In this document: positions 1-14,269 of the stretch, in pieces
Layout: each line of letters starts with the position of its first letter
Numbering within the stretch: position 1 is the first letter of the stretch
Origin: Eledone cirrhosa
Lineage: Eukaryota
Direction of reading: 5' to 3'
NCBI GenBank assembly: GCA_964016885.1
Contig: OZ024752.1
Span: 19,840,001-19,904,000, forward strand
DNA: 64,000 bases
The notes under the pieces: generated by a model
Seen by the model: only the letters and a program-made list of their open reading frames with translations
Database searches by the model: none
What the model was told of the DNA's origin: nothing
Position numbers and translations under genes: made by a program

Positions 1-135
1 AGTTACCTCCCTTTATGATCTGAGTTCAAATCCCGCCGAGGTTAACTTTGCCTTTCATCCTTACGGGGTCGATAAAATAAAGTACCAGTAATGCACTGGG
101 GTAATTGCTGGCCTTGTGCCAAAAGTAGAAACAAT
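1..135 (+). mobile_element. tRNA-derived SINE, 3' part (family repeated many times in the window)
   Basis: B-box-like GAGTTCAAATCCC followed by the body 'gaggttaactttgcctttcatcc...gataaaataaagtaccagtaatgcactggg...ccttgtgccaaaagtagaaac'; near-identical to copies at ~8400-8825 (-) and 11660-11840 (+). Confidence 0.8.
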
Positions 136-333
136 TATTTTAGAGAGACATTATTCATAGAGAAAGCTCTAGTAGCTTGTCCCCCCCCCCCTCTCTATCT
201 ATCTAACTCTTTCTTTCTCCCCCCCCCCCCTTTTTCTCTCTTTCTCACTTTTCTTTTCCCTTCTCTTGTTCATTGCACATTTTTCTTCTCTCACACACAC
301 ACACACACAGAAGTATACACTTACATATGCCTC

Positions 334-364
<31 letters not shown>

Positions 365-959
365 GCAACACGAAAGAAACCAGCACGTGTGTTAGGGACG
401 AATCCTGGTAGAGTTCATCTTTCTGTAAAAAATAATAAACTGTAGCCGAGTTTTATAGTAAAAACGGTAAGAAGTTTCTGGTGGAAGGTGGGTGGGGGGC
501 TATTGCTCCCTTTGCTCCCCATTAAATCCGGCCCTGCTGATCTGAATTAAACAGAGAATGAAAACCTCCTCGCTTTCCTGACTCACCAGTAGTTCACCTC
601 TTTCTCTAATGCACGACAAGAGTAGCTGAACGAAAGGTGACTTGTTTAGTGATTTAGCAACTGGAAGGACTGCATTAAAGAGGATCTGAATGCCTTCGAC
701 TTCACCCTTTTCAGCATGACATGACGGCCTACTGCAGTGCCTGGAAGAAGCAGACAAAGAATGGCTGCGCTCTTTCAGAAGTGCCACTTGCCCAACCAGT
801 GGAAAGGTGCCGAATACGACGTCATAATGTCAGTCCCCATCGTCAATAATGTATGCATGTATTTATGTATGTACATAAGTATGTACATAAGTATATACGT
901 AAGTATGTATGTACGGACGTGTGTTTATATATATATATGAGGGTAAAACAAAGTACATA

Positions 960-1563
960 TTAAACTGTACAGGCAACAACATCAAAGCAATCAATGGCAG
1001 TTTATATCAAGCATGTCGAAGATTTCAAGTATCTTGGGTCCTGGATCATTGACTCTGAGAAGGATTTTGCCACCAGAAAGGTCTAAGTATGGTCAGCTTG
1101 CAACAAGATGGATCGAGTTTGGTGCTCAAATATTTCCAACCACACCAAAATCAGACTCTTCCAAGTAACAATTCAACCAATCTTGCTATATGGAAGTGAA
1201 ACATGGACGCTTTCATCCAAACATCAAAAGCACCTTGATGGCACCTACACTCACCTGCTTCAACGCATTCACAACATAAGCTGGCGACATCTGACTTTGA
1301 AAGAAATATATGCCAGCCTCCCACGCATATCTGTCGTTGTACGTAAAAGAAGAGTAACATTTGCTGGCCACTGCCATCGTGCCACCTACGAGGCTGTGTC
1401 CTTATTAGTGATTAGGAAACCACAAGCAGTCACTAATAACGGGCGCAAGCTCCCCTATCCCGATGTCATCTCCAAGATTTGGCAACGACAATGAACGACA
1501 GACCCACGTGGAGATCAATTGTTGAGTCGATTTCGGCTGAGGCCGCCGGATGATGATGATGAT
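960..1563 (+). mobile_element. RTE-clade LINE 3' fragment (decayed RT C-terminus) with (GAT)n tail
   Basis: Translation gives 'VEDFKYLGSWI', 'KIRLFQVTIQPILLYGSETWTL' and 'FAGHCHR', typical of the RTE ORF end; contains stops and ends in gatgatgat repeats. Confidence 0.85.
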
Positions 1564-1948
1564 ATATATATAGGTACGTGTGTATATATGTACGTACGTA
1601 TATATATGTACGTACGTACGTATATATCTACGAACGTGTGTATATATATATGTACGTACGTATGTATGTGTATATATATACAATCTATATATTACTAAAA
1701 CTGTGATTGCTTGCTTGCTTGTCTGTAATACAGCCAAAGGGGCGCATAATGGTAAAATACTTTGAAAAGAAGTTGACCCTGAAATGGGAATACAAATAAA
1801 ACAAGTTTCGCGTAAATCGAAGCACGGGTTCCTGAGATATGGAGTTTACTGGGTACCTTCATAAATAGAGAGAAGGATAGAGAGAAAGAGATAGAGGTTG
1901 TGAGAGAGTAGATTGAAAGAGAGACATAGAGAGAGAGAACTGATGGTG

Positions 1949-2042
<94 letters not shown>

Positions 2043-2093
2043 ATGTGTGTCTATGACCAGTGTATATAGATCACACACACCCACCTATATATA

Positions 2094-3965
2094 TGTAGCG
2101 AAGTCTTCCGCGCCTTGAACCTTGGGTGACACCTAAAGGTCAAATTCTAGGTCACCACCCTTTTGGTGTGAACAGGTTCATGCATGGGCTATCCCCTCAA
2201 GGTGGGAGACAGGAAGCGACATGTATATAAAGCCTGTATCATCCCACTTTAGACAGAGGCATCGGAGCACTACGATACACAACAAGCTATGTAAAGATTC
2301 ACCGCTAGCTTCAGGCCCCAGGGGTCTACAGAAATACAGAGCGATCGGAGCCCTACTACTACAGACCCGCTATGTGAAAGATTCACCGCTATGTACAAGC
2401 CACAGTGGTCTACAATCAATTACAGACCATTACTCTCTCTCTCACTCACTATGGTCTCAGACTCACGACGAGAACTACTATGACGACTGCAACAAACTTT
2501 AACCACCAACAAATTTTATCTGCTCGCTCGCTGTAATCACATCAACAACAAAATAACAGTGTCAACCTTCTTAACTTTTGGTAACTGTTTTATTGTACTT
2601 TTTGATTGAAGTGAAGTAAACCATATATAAACTAAATCTTTATTCTTGTTATTACATCTAATAACTGTTATAATCCATCTAACAATATCTTACTTTATAC
2701 TCTTCATTAAATTGGTGACCTGACGTTAAAAAAAAATTTAAAATAATACGAAGTGGTATTTAAAAAAAAAAAAGAGGACCACGCAGCCTTTTGATCTGAT
2801 CATGGCTTCTATTGCCAATATCAACAACTTTCTCTTACCAAGTTTCTCATCTATATTCTACGATATGATAAAACTTCACTTTTTCAAATTATTCACCAAA
2901 CTTCCATTCTACGGAATATTTACAGTGACTTCGCTTTTATGTTTCGATTAATTACCAAACACTTCACCACTTGCTTCGTAATCTCCAACAACAACAACAA
3001 ACAATACTACTAGCTTCCTAGCAAGAATCACATAAAGAAGAGAAAACTGAACTTTTTGTAAAGAACAATTATATAAATATTTTATTTTTATATTTTTTTT
3101 ACAGGTTATATATGAATGTCATTTTTATTTTTTTATTCGTGTTACTGTATTGTGTGCCTGTATGAATAACACGTTTTGCATCAAACACACATCATTTTCT
3201 TTGTCACACACCAACATGTTTTTGTCTATGGTATATTCTGGATTCGGCTGGGTCTCTGCGAGATCACTTTTCAACTGGTCGAGGTACGGCAACAGCTATT
3301 AAACACATGATAAACAACCCACGGGTACAACACGCTTTGACTCACTAAAGCACGCAACTCAAAATTGCACACACTCATGTCATAGCATAAACCTCGACTC
3401 ACTGGAAAAGCATCTTATGTATGATAATACATCGAGATTCAACGGGTCGAGGTTCGGCAACAGCTATTAAACACATGAGAAACAACCCACGGGTACACGC
3501 CTGGACTCACTCAGGCACGCAACTCAAAATTGCACACACTATGTCATAGCGTAAACCTCGACTCACTGGAAAAGAATCTTACGTATGATGATACAAAGAG
3601 AGAAATAGTCCTCTGTGTTATCATATCGTAATCCGATACCGTAACCCCAACGTTCAGCCATCCATACACAACACCACGAAATACGTATTTTTAAAGTTTC
3701 TTCTAAATGTTACACACACACATACATACACAGTTATACGATTTTTTTTCTCTCTCCAAATTTCTCTGCACTCGAAATACGGGCGCAGTACCTGCATTTT
3801 GTGTGTTTTGGGACACGCTTCTAGGAATCAGATTTCGCTACCTCTTTTATAATCGATCGCTGCTCCTGCATCGATCTGGATAGGGAACTAATGTAGCGAA
3901 GTCTGTTCGCGCCTTGAACCTTGGGTGACACCTAACGGTTCAAGGCGCGGACAGACTTCACTACA
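2094..3965 (+). mobile_element. Degenerate non-autonomous LTR-type (Gypsy-like) element with fold-back right end, inserted in (TA)n
   Basis: Starts TGTAGCGAAGTC (2094); TATA-like tatataaag ~2224; tRNA-Trp-PBS-like TGGTGACC(T)GACG at 2713; purine-rich tract then a second TGTAGCGAAGTC at 3892; ends ...gacttcactaca (3965); TA repeats on both flanks. Confidence 0.6.
3277..3595 (+). repeat. Tandem duplication of ~170 bp inside the LTR-type element
   Basis: 'ggtcgagg..cggcaacagctattaaacacatga...aaacctcgactcactggaaaag' occurs twice. Confidence 0.85.
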
Positions 3966-4223
3966 TATATATACACATACATATATATATGTTTACAAAC
4001 TCACACATATATATACATACACACACATATATATATGGGCCTTCCAGTTTCATTTCACATTATATACATGTCTATGTATTATATAAAATAAATTTAAATA
4101 TATCAATTGAGAAATTAACCAGGCTTTAATACATATTAGAAACAAATACAATTTAAAGTGTTAAATAAAAATATTACTTATATAACGAATAAGTTATATT
4201 TAAATGGCCGTACTTCCGTGTCA

Positions 4224-4278
<55 letters not shown>

Positions 4279-4394
4279 AACTTGAAGGTTAAATACTTCA
4301 TAGCTGGAATATGTTATAACTACAGTAGAAATGAGAAGTACTCCTTCACCAAACTATTAACACATTCCTTCATGTAAATATATGAATCCAGACA

Positions 4395-4575
4395 TACGTG
4401 TGTCGGATGGAAAGTTCATAGGCTCACTATGAACGAGTAGTGCTAGAGCTGTGAAATCATTCATTTCAGCTCTTCTTATTTAAGTGTATTATTTTTTTTT
4501 TCCAGTGAATAAACCTACTTTGGTCATTCCATGAGAGTATCTTGGTCAGCCGTTGATGTTTTTAGCCGACCTTCA
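4395..4575. mobile_element. Possible mariner-type MITE
   Basis: Imperfect terminal inverted repeats (gtcggatggaaagttcataggctca / tcagccgttgatgtttttagccgac) with TA flanks. Confidence 0.4.
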
Positions 4576-6025
4576 TATATATACATATAGTTATCGATAT
4601 TTATATAATATACATGTATATAGAGAGATGTATATATGTATATATATATAAATAGAGTCTGTAGTGCTGAGACCAAGGAGACCGCTAATTATGTGAGTAC
4701 TCGATACATGGGGAAATGTAGAGTGGGTAGAGAGATATGTGAAATCCCGATAGGCGGTGCCAAACGGTTTCCATCGCCCGAAAGTCATTATTCACAAGGC
4801 ATTGGTCATCCAAAGACTATTGGAGAAAATAATTGGCCAAAATGCCACAGCTGGGATGTATTCAATATCGAGTGGTTGTGAATCGAGTTACTTAACCTCA
4901 GTCACGCCTGAATCTATATTACATAACCATGTCTGATACTTTCTACGTAAACATTAGTCTATCGCCTGATTTAACATCACCTTTCTGTTGGGTAACTGCT
5001 GGAGCCCTTGGACCACAGTCTCTTAGTCTGTTACATGATGATGATGATGTCTACAACTCGATTTCAAGTAATGCCATCGTTTGATACTTAAGCATCAGCA
5101 TCATGGACATGACATTTTAGTCCTGCTTGGGACTTGCCTATGGCCAGCAATACCATGCATCGCAAGTGATACCTGTACTGGAGACTTTTTTAAGTGAACC
5201 TCGAAATAGATCATCTAAAAAATAGGACTGGTCTACATCATTGGATGCAAACGGAGTCGCAGGTTTTATATCAGAGTGACCTTCTCCTAGAGAGATGTCT
5301 TAATGAAGACTAGGAGTCTTACGCTCCACAAAAAATATACACACACACACACACACACACACAATCATACAGACAGGCATTCAAAGAGACAGAACTGGTG
5401 TTTGGTCTGTGGATAAATCAGGAGTTTTAGTTTCTACTCAATTTTTGTTTGACCAGTTCCGGATGCTTTCTAAAAGGTCACAAGTGCTGCCCTCTGAGGA
5501 CTAAACCATAAATACCATCTCCACTATCACATTACAGTTAACTTGCCTACTTATATTTCTATCTATATATTTCTTGTTTCCTGTTCCCGTCTAGTATACA
5601 CACACACACAGATAGACAATACATACATACATACATACATACATACATACATACATACATACATACATACATACATACATACATACTGGCTGCCCCCTCG
5701 TTATCGAGTATGGCCATTGCACGAAAAAAAAACATGACAATAATAATAATAATATATTATATACACATATATATATACACACACACGCGCGCGCGCGCGC
5801 GCGCGATAACAATTAACAGTGCTGCGGTCGAATGTGGCTTTTTAGCCCAGCCAATGATCTAAAATTATCTTGCACAGAGTTGGCAACCAAAACATTCACT
5901 GGGAATAGCCGGCTGTGGTTGGAGTTCATGTACATACATAAATACATACATACATACATACATACATACATACATACATACATACATACATACATACATA
6001 CATACATACATACATACATACATAC

Positions 6026-6515
6026 ATGGTGGCTGCCAACTCGTTTTCAAGTACGGCCACTACTTTATATCCATGTAGGAGGACCCCTACCGATGCGCTG
6101 AACAAGCGTGACTTTTTAGTCCAGCCAGCGACTTGAAAACTCTGGTACAAACACTACACTTGTGACAATTATTGACACATAGTGCTGGGCCCATGGTACC
6201 ATGTGACGACAAGTGTAGAGAGATCTCCAGATATAAAGCAATGGCTGTGCCGTGAAGCTTTTATAGTGAGAAAAGGCACTGCACAAAGCCAGTCCCACTC
6301 TCTTAACCAAGATGGTATTTACCAAAAAGAAGAACAAGTCAACATCATTGGATACCATCAGGGTTGCAGGTGTTATATCAGAGTTTTCCTTCTCCTAGAA
6401 TTCTGCCTTGACAAAGGCTAAGGGGTCATCTCTCCCGGTGATTCTGGATGGCCATTGACTCTTAAGAGCTCCTTTGCCCTTTGACAGGTTTTGTTTTTAG
6501 TCCTGCAGGATGTCC
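6026..6515 (-). mobile_element. Short non-autonomous RTE-related retroelement, flanked by (ATAC)n
   Basis: Nearly identical to 27610-28100; carries the RTE-5'UTR-like motif 'ctaggagaaggaaaactctgat' on the minus strand; (TGTA)n at its 3' end. Confidence 0.6.
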
Positions 6516-7019
6516 AAACATACATACATACATACATACATACATACATACATACATACATACATACATACATACATACATAATAGTTGCTCGATTGTTA
6601 TCGAGTATGGCTGTCAAACGACATCTTTAAAAAAGTTTCCTGTTCCTATCTAGCACACACACACACAAATACACACACACGCACACAAATACACACACAC
6701 AAACATAAATACACACACACACACACATATACACACATTCAATTTTATTCTTTGGTGTATTTGTATTATCTCGACCTTAACTTCTCACAATTTCTTTGCT
6801 TTTGTGAAATATTTTTGTCTAACAATTCTGGAGTCTGTTGAGTTAATATGGTATGGACTCATATCTCCTGAGTTTAACATAGGGCCGCCGTATTAACATA
6901 CAGCGTTTCTAGGTCATGTTTTAAACCTAGCAGAGCCCATCCTAGGTCTGAATACAGCAGATTTCTTCCATGGAATGGTAGAGAGTGAGAGACTGGAAGT
7001 GAGAGATATAAAGGAAGAA

Positions 7020-7142
7020 TCAACCCCAGTACTTGACTGGTACTGTTTTATCGACTTCAAATGGATGAAAGACAAAGTATTTTGCCGTATTCGTTTCGGA
7101 TCTCTGCTCTCTGAGTCCCACCGAGCTCAACTTTGACTTTCA
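7020..7142. mobile_element. SINE fragments
   Basis: 'ccccagtacttgactggtact..tttatcgac..ggatgaaagacaaag' and 'ccgagctcaactttgactttcat' match the SINE body. Confidence 0.55.
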
Positions 7143-7238
7143 TATATTATATAGCGTCTCAGAAGATATGATGGAGAGTCTCTTCCCTTTCACGAACAAT
7201 ACTGAATTTTTATTTTTGGCACAAACAGAGAGAGAGAG

Positions 7239-7325
<87 letters not shown>

Positions 7326-7397
7326 AAATAAAATTACAAACACAAACATAGTTATGGCGCACACACACATGAATATCGGAGAAAGAGTGAAAATGTG

Positions 7398-7445
<48 letters not shown>

Positions 7446-8222
7446 TGGGGAGAGATGGGAAGAAAGACTTAAAATGTGAATACATATAATGTGTGTCTGT
7501 TTAACTCCTTTTCATTGAGCGCAGGTGTGTTTACGAAATCTAATGCACATACGTCATAAAAAGTGGTATTGTGGTTAGTATTCCCCTTTAATGTAGAACT
7601 GTATACAACTGTCTGATTCCGTTAAATATTTCTGCTAGAATGAATTAATGTTTAAAACGTGTGATCATTATCAACAGACACGCGTCGGATTCAGAGAAAC
7701 TGTTGAAAACAATATGTCTGCCAATTGAGAGAAATATGCGATGTTATAAGAGAAGGGAAGAAAATTTCGCCTGCGTATAGTTTTAAACGCTTGAAATGCG
7801 TGCCAAGAGGTTTGTAATATCTCCGTACTAGAAAGATTTAGTTTAATATGTATCTATCTTTCTTCGTATCATAATACAGTCGACATTGGATTAACAATGA
7901 ATCACAGAGAGTTTTCAACAATTTTTTCCCCTTCTGTTAAAGCAGACGTCATCTTTAAACTTTATTTCTTGCATTTTATTGTTTTAAAATTTTTTTTTCT
8001 TCTCTTTTTGGTATTCTTTGTCTTGCCAGGAATAATTTCCTTTTAATACACTCAAACTCCCTCTACTAATACTACATCACATGGCTGTCTTTACTAATAT
8101 ATATATATTACTAGTTTCAGCCATTTGACTATGACCAGTTTTTTTCAAGTCTGGTACTTATTTTATGATTTTATTTTTGTTGAGCCACTTGTTTACCACA
8201 CTGGTACACACACACACACACA

Positions 8223-8264
<42 letters not shown>

Positions 8265-8389
8265 CATATATATACATGTGTATGTGTCTTGTTTACTTGT
8301 AACAAAATACAAGGAAGAAATATATTTGTTTCTGTAGATGATACAGAGCGCTAGTTGGAGAATAACATATATGAAAACAACAACAAAAA

Positions 8390-8825
8390 CTGTTTCTACT
8401 TTTGGCACAAGGCCAGCAATTACCCAGTGCATTACTGGTATTTTATTTTATCAACCCCGTAAGGATGAAAGGCAAAGTTAACCCCGGCGGGATTTGAACT
8501 CACATAAATAATATGATTTCCTTTATTGGCCACAATGGCCGACATGTAGGGGACAATGAAAGACCCGGACAGTGGGGGGGGGGGTTACAATAAGCTCGAG
8601 TAAAAGTGCACAATGGTTAAATAATAATAATAATATTGTTTCTACTTTTGGCACAAGGCCAGCAATTATCCCAGTGCATTACTGGTACTTTATTTTATCG
8701 ACTCCGTCAGGATGAAAGGCAAAGTTAACCACGGCAGGATTTGAACACAGAATGGCAAGGGCCGTAACACTATGCGTCAAAGCATGGCGTCCGACCCTCT
8801 ACCGATACTGCCAATCCACCGCCCT
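8390..8825 (-). mobile_element. Two adjacent tRNA-derived SINE copies (8390-8502 partial; 8637-8825 full)
   Basis: Minus strand reads ggcggtggatTGGCAGTATCGGtagag (A-box) ... GTTCAAATCC (B-box) plus the conserved SINE body. Confidence 0.85.
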
Positions 8826-8867
8826 ATAATATAATAATAATAATAGTAGTAGTAGTAGTAGTAGTAA

Positions 8868-8913
<46 letters not shown>

Positions 8914-9203
8914 TGTGATGAATGGATAGAAGCTGTTAATAATAACATGGAGAAAGTAAGGACTAATGAAACAATTGTTGATACTTTAAACCCTATTGTA
9001 CAGCCGACCATATTATTCTTCATTCTTTGCTATCAATTGATATCCAAGAACCGCCTGCCTAGGAACTTTCTTAAACCGGCCACCCGACTAAGGAGACTTC
9101 TTGCTGAGTCAAACAACGCCGAACATTAAAACTATCCTCGACACAGACTACTCACAACCTCTAGCTGGATTACCTTAAACAATATCTTGTTATCTTATAT
9201 ATA

Positions 9204-9259
<56 letters not shown>

Positions 9260-10589
9260 CGGTTCTCAATAGTTTCTGTCTACCGAATTTCTCTCACAAG
9301 ACATTGGTCAACACGAGGGTATAGTAGCAGCCATGAGTGTAACCAAAGTAACGTGGTTACAAAGCAAACTGTGAGAGTATCAAGTTTTTTTTTATCATAT
9401 GATCAAACCGGAGTGCTGGAACGGGATCTTTCGATCTGCTAGAAATAACAACCAAATTTTCTTCAAATCATACTCTACTCTCTCGAGAAAAGCCGAGACA
9501 TCATGGCTAGGAGACATTTATCTATAGCTCTGCTCAATCAGAGCCGATATATCATAGCTCTAGCGCCATTACACTCCTCACGATCATTAGCTTTATAATG
9601 AGAAAAGGTATATTATTATTATAATCACTATCATCGTGCGATGCTAGCGTGTCTTGTCTGGAGTTTTCATATTGAATAAAGAGTTAACCCAATTAGCCCT
9701 TCAATCTGTTTCAGTGTTTGCTGTTGTTATTTTGTTTGTTTTTTCCTGAAAACACTATTATCCTCCTTCATCGATCTTAGAGTATTTCAAATATTAGAGG
9801 ATTCCGTCAACGGCAGGTTCGTTCGTCTTATTGAATTATCGATAATCTAGTGTTATATTTATTCGTCTCCGTTTGGTCATGTCTTGTGTCACATTGTTTA
9901 ATGAATTGTTGACGAACTGAAAATATGTTGGCGTAGCCACATGACGATTGAATGCATTATGGAGAGGATACCATCACCGTAAGACGGTGAAGGTGCTTGG
10001 ACATACGCTACACCTGCTGGCGAAGAGACCAGTTAGAGAGAGGGTCTCTCTCGAGCGGAAGTCAGGATAAGGCAGACATGTCAAGACTTGTTAAAGGTCG
10101 GTAGAGGAGGATGACAGGGAGCTGTCTGGTCTGTAAACAGGGTCGTGGCATGGGTTGAGACTGTGCTAGATCACTGGTCACCTAATACTCGATAGGGAGC
10201 TAGAAGAACTAAAGAAGCTGTAAAGCATTGTTAGTCGAAGCAAGGCTTATTGATTGATACGAGAAAACGTCTCGTCCGACATCTACGGACATATTGAAAT
10301 CCTGATGATATGACTTTCATAATAGTGTAGGATAAATGTATTTATATAATCTTTCAAGTCCTCCTGTCATATAAATACAGTTAAGTCCCAGACTAGCAGC
10401 GTTTACGATATAATTCTGAAAGGATCACGATGGCAAAATCATTTACATTTGAAGTATTAACTGAAATGTTAAATGTTGATGAATACAATAAGACGGGACA
10501 CAGTACAACACAACAGAGACGGGGGGGGGGGCTACAGCACAGCATGTACTAGAAACACAGACAGACGGGCCTCAACACAAACACACAGA

Positions 10590-11490
10590 AGTAACACAAC
10601 ACAACAAACAACTTAGACAGAAGTGTCACAACACAACAAACAACATAGAATTGTCATAACACAACAAACAAACAACATACACAGAGGTATCACAACACAA
10701 CAGATATAGACAGAAGGGTCACAACACAACATATATAGACAGAAGGGTCACAACACAACAGATATAGACAGAAGTGTCACAACACAACAGATATAGACGG
10801 AAGTGTTACAACACAACAGATATAGACAGACTTGTCACAACACAACACAACAGATATAGACGGAAGTGTTACAACACAACACAACATATATAGACGGAAG
10901 TGTCACAGCACAACAGATATAGACAGAAGTGTCACAACACAACAGATATAGACAGAAGTGTCACAACACAACAGATATATACAGAAGTGTCACAACACAA
11001 CAGATATAGACAGAAGTAACACAACACAACATATATAGACGGAAGTGTCACAGCACAACACAACAGATATAGACAGAAGTATCACAACACAACAGATATA
11101 GACAGAAGTGTCACAACACAACAGATATATACAGAAGTGTCACAACACAACAGATATAGACAGAAGTGTCACAACACAACACAACAGATATAGACGGAAG
11201 TGTCACAAAACAACAGATATAGACAGAAGTGTCACAACACAACATATATAGACAGAAGTGTCACAACACAACAGATATAGACAGAAGGGTCACAACACAA
11301 CAGATATAGACAGAATTGTCACAACACAACATATATAGACAGAAGTGTCACAACACAACACAACAGATAATGACAGAAGTGTCACAACACAACACAACAG
11401 ATAATGACAGAAGTGTCACAACACAACACAACAGATATAGACAGAAGTGTCACAACACAACACAACAGATATAGACAGAAGGGTCACCTC
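10590..11490 (+). repeat. ~29-bp minisatellite (cacaacacaacagatatagacagaagtgt)n
   Basis: Roughly 30 tandem units with occasional extra 'acaac' pentamers. Confidence 0.95.
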
Positions 11491-11659
11491 ACAACATTTA
11501 CTAGAAACAAACAAACGAAAAAAAAAACTAAGAGAAATGTAAAATTTTAATTTCTAGAGAATTCTTTTCTTTTCTTTTTTCGTATTTAATGAAATATTTT
11601 TTTAAAAACTCATCATGGAGGATTCTTGATTTGCCCAAATGGTGTGGCTTTATTATTAT

Positions 11660-11840
11660 TATTGGTAGTATCGGTAGAGGGTCGGACGCCATGTTTTGCA
11701 GCATATAGTTACGGCTTTTTACAGTCTTAGTTCAAATCCGCCGAGGTTAACTTCGCCTCTCATCCTTACGGAGTCGATAAAATAAAGCACCAGTAATGTA
11801 CTGGGTAATTGCTGACCTTGTGCCAAAAGTAGAAACAATT
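11660..11840 (+). mobile_element. tRNA-derived SINE, near full length
   Basis: tggtagtatcggtagagggtcggacg (A-box region), gttcaaatcc (B-box), same body as the other copies. Confidence 0.85.
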
Positions 11841-12374
11841 ATTATTAGTGTTCAGTATTTTATGTTTACCTAAGTAGCTAAAACCCTAGCTTTAATCTAA
11901 TAACTTCTAATGGCTTTACTTTCAATAGCGTGGCATTCTCAAGTGAGTTGTTTTCCCCTGATCTACGATAGCTACAGCCAGGATGTATTACTATAATTAA
12001 TTGGCTGATATCCTTGTCATCCAGAGAGAATTAATAAGTATAGTCTACTTTAATGGTAGCCACCAGTTTACCAACAGAGTTCTTTCTACTCAGTTTTCTG
12101 ATTCTGTCCCAGTTCTGCACAATGTCTCACCTTGTCTTTCATTCACCATTACAAAACATCTTTTTACCACCACCACCAATAATCAATACTTGCAATGTTC
12201 CTCTATAAAATGGAGTCTTCTTCGCCTGGCGTCCATTTCTTCCCTTTCTCCCTACATCTAATGTTTTCTACGTGTAAGAGAACATTCACATTGTGAATGT
12301 AGGCACTACATTGTCTCTCCAAATATGTCATTAACTCTATTTAGAGATGACAATATGTCTCTCTAATTCTGTCC

Positions 12375-12925
12375 ACCTCAATGTATTCACTATATTCTCT
12401 CTCCAATTGTCACCTCAATGTAGCCACTATATTCTCTCTCCAATTGTCACCTCAATGTATTCACTATATTCTCTCTCCAATTGTCACCTCAATGTAGCCA
12501 CTATATTCTCTCTCCAATTGTCACCTCAATGTACCCACTATATTCTCTCTCCAATTGTCTCCTCAATGTAGTCACTATATTCTCTCTCCAATTGTCACCT
12601 CAATGTATTCACTATATTCTCTCTCCAATTGTCACCTCAATGTAGTCACTATATTCTCTCTCCAATTGTCACCTCAATGTAGTCACTATATTCTCTCTCC
12701 AATTGTCACCTCAATGTAGCCACTATATTCTCTCTCCAATTGTCACCTCAATGCATTCACTATATTCTCTCTCCAATTGTCACCTCAATGTACCCACTAT
12801 ATTCTCTCTCCAATTGTCACCTCAATGTATTCACTATATTCTCTCTCCAATTGTCACCTCAATGTAGCCACTATATTCTCTCTCCAATTGTCACCTCAAT
12901 GTAGCCACTATATTCTCTCTCCAAA
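12375..12925 (+). repeat. 37-bp minisatellite (cacctcaatgtagccactatattctctctccaattgt)n, ~15 copies
   Basis: Directly visible tandem repeat. Confidence 0.95.
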
Positions 12926-13623
12926 TATGTCATTACCTGCATGTAAAGATGACAATATCTCTACCTCAATGTAGACATGACATGTATAGAAATGGGATGG
13001 AAGAGACTGTACTAGCTAGATGAGTATTTCTACTTTTTCCTCAAGAGCGATTATCACTGGCGAAGGTAAGAAACGGCAAGTTGTGGCTTTCATGCCTTTT
13101 CCAAATCAATAAATATCAATTATAAGTGAAACGTTTTGCAGTTAAGTTCTCGCAGAGATTTAACCACAACACCACAGAAGCTGTCATGGAATTCCATCCT
13201 CCCTCTACCACCTCTCTGATCAACCACTGATATTATACATCCACAATGTCTACATCCATGTAAGGGCCCTGAACGGCTGGATGAATTTTAAGGGCGCTGA
13301 CACCATCTTTTCAAGATTTGAACACAACTTAGTTCTTCCACAGAGAGCGAAGTGGGGAACGACCCTAGTAATGATTTGGCACTGGTATTGTATTTATTGT
13401 CCTAGAAAGGACAAAACGCGTAGCTGGCCTCGGTAGGATTTGAAATCAAAGTACACACAGAGAGTCGGAACGTATACCATGAAGCAGAGCATCTTCCAAT
13501 CTTCCTCCGTCCACAAACTTCAGATCTTCCGATTGGAGACATGTTAAACAGAACCGTCGTTGTTCTCATTCAGCTATAACACAACACCGTCCCTACTGTC
13601 CACCCTCACATGCCCAACAAAGT

Positions 13624-13707
<84 letters not shown>

Positions 13708-13837
13708 TAAGTAGATTACCGATGTAAAGACTGTTAAAAAAAGTATTCAATACGTTAATAAAGGGTAAAGGCATATCCATTTTAATATAGAAATGACTTC
13801 TACATGACTAACACTGTTTCATTCGTAAGAAATCATC

Positions 13838-13914
<77 letters not shown>

Positions 13915-13952
13915 GTTGTGAGCTAAGCAACCTTAGTGTACGATGAAATTAT

Positions 13953-13986
<34 letters not shown>

Positions 13987-13988
13987 TT

Positions 13989-14179
13989 ATAGGAAAATGT
14001 TTGACCCCGACGGCAGAGCTCAAACCGTTTCGACAGCTATTTCTGGACTGAAATAGCCATCGAAACGACTTGAGCTCTACTGTCGGGGTCAAACATTTTC
14101 CTATTACCCACTCTACTACCCTAAGTATTGAGTACTCTGGTGCGTTATCGTCCATCTGGTTCCTTACCACACCGCCTTC

Positions 14180-14180
<1 letters not shown>
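13989..14180. mobile_element. Short hairpin-bearing dispersed element in (TA)n (family also at ~24260, ~29790, ~33510, ~35960)
   Basis: 116-bp imperfect palindrome 13989-14104 plus shared tail 'acccactctactaccctaagtattgagtactctggtg'. Confidence 0.7.
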
Positions 14181-14251
<71 letters not shown>

Positions 14252-14269
14252 TACATACATATAGAATAT

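Noticed and set aside
540-830. Possible host exon or ORF
   Set aside because: Only a weak resemblance to a decayed RTE C-terminus (NWKDCIKEDL); no clean ORF or splice support.
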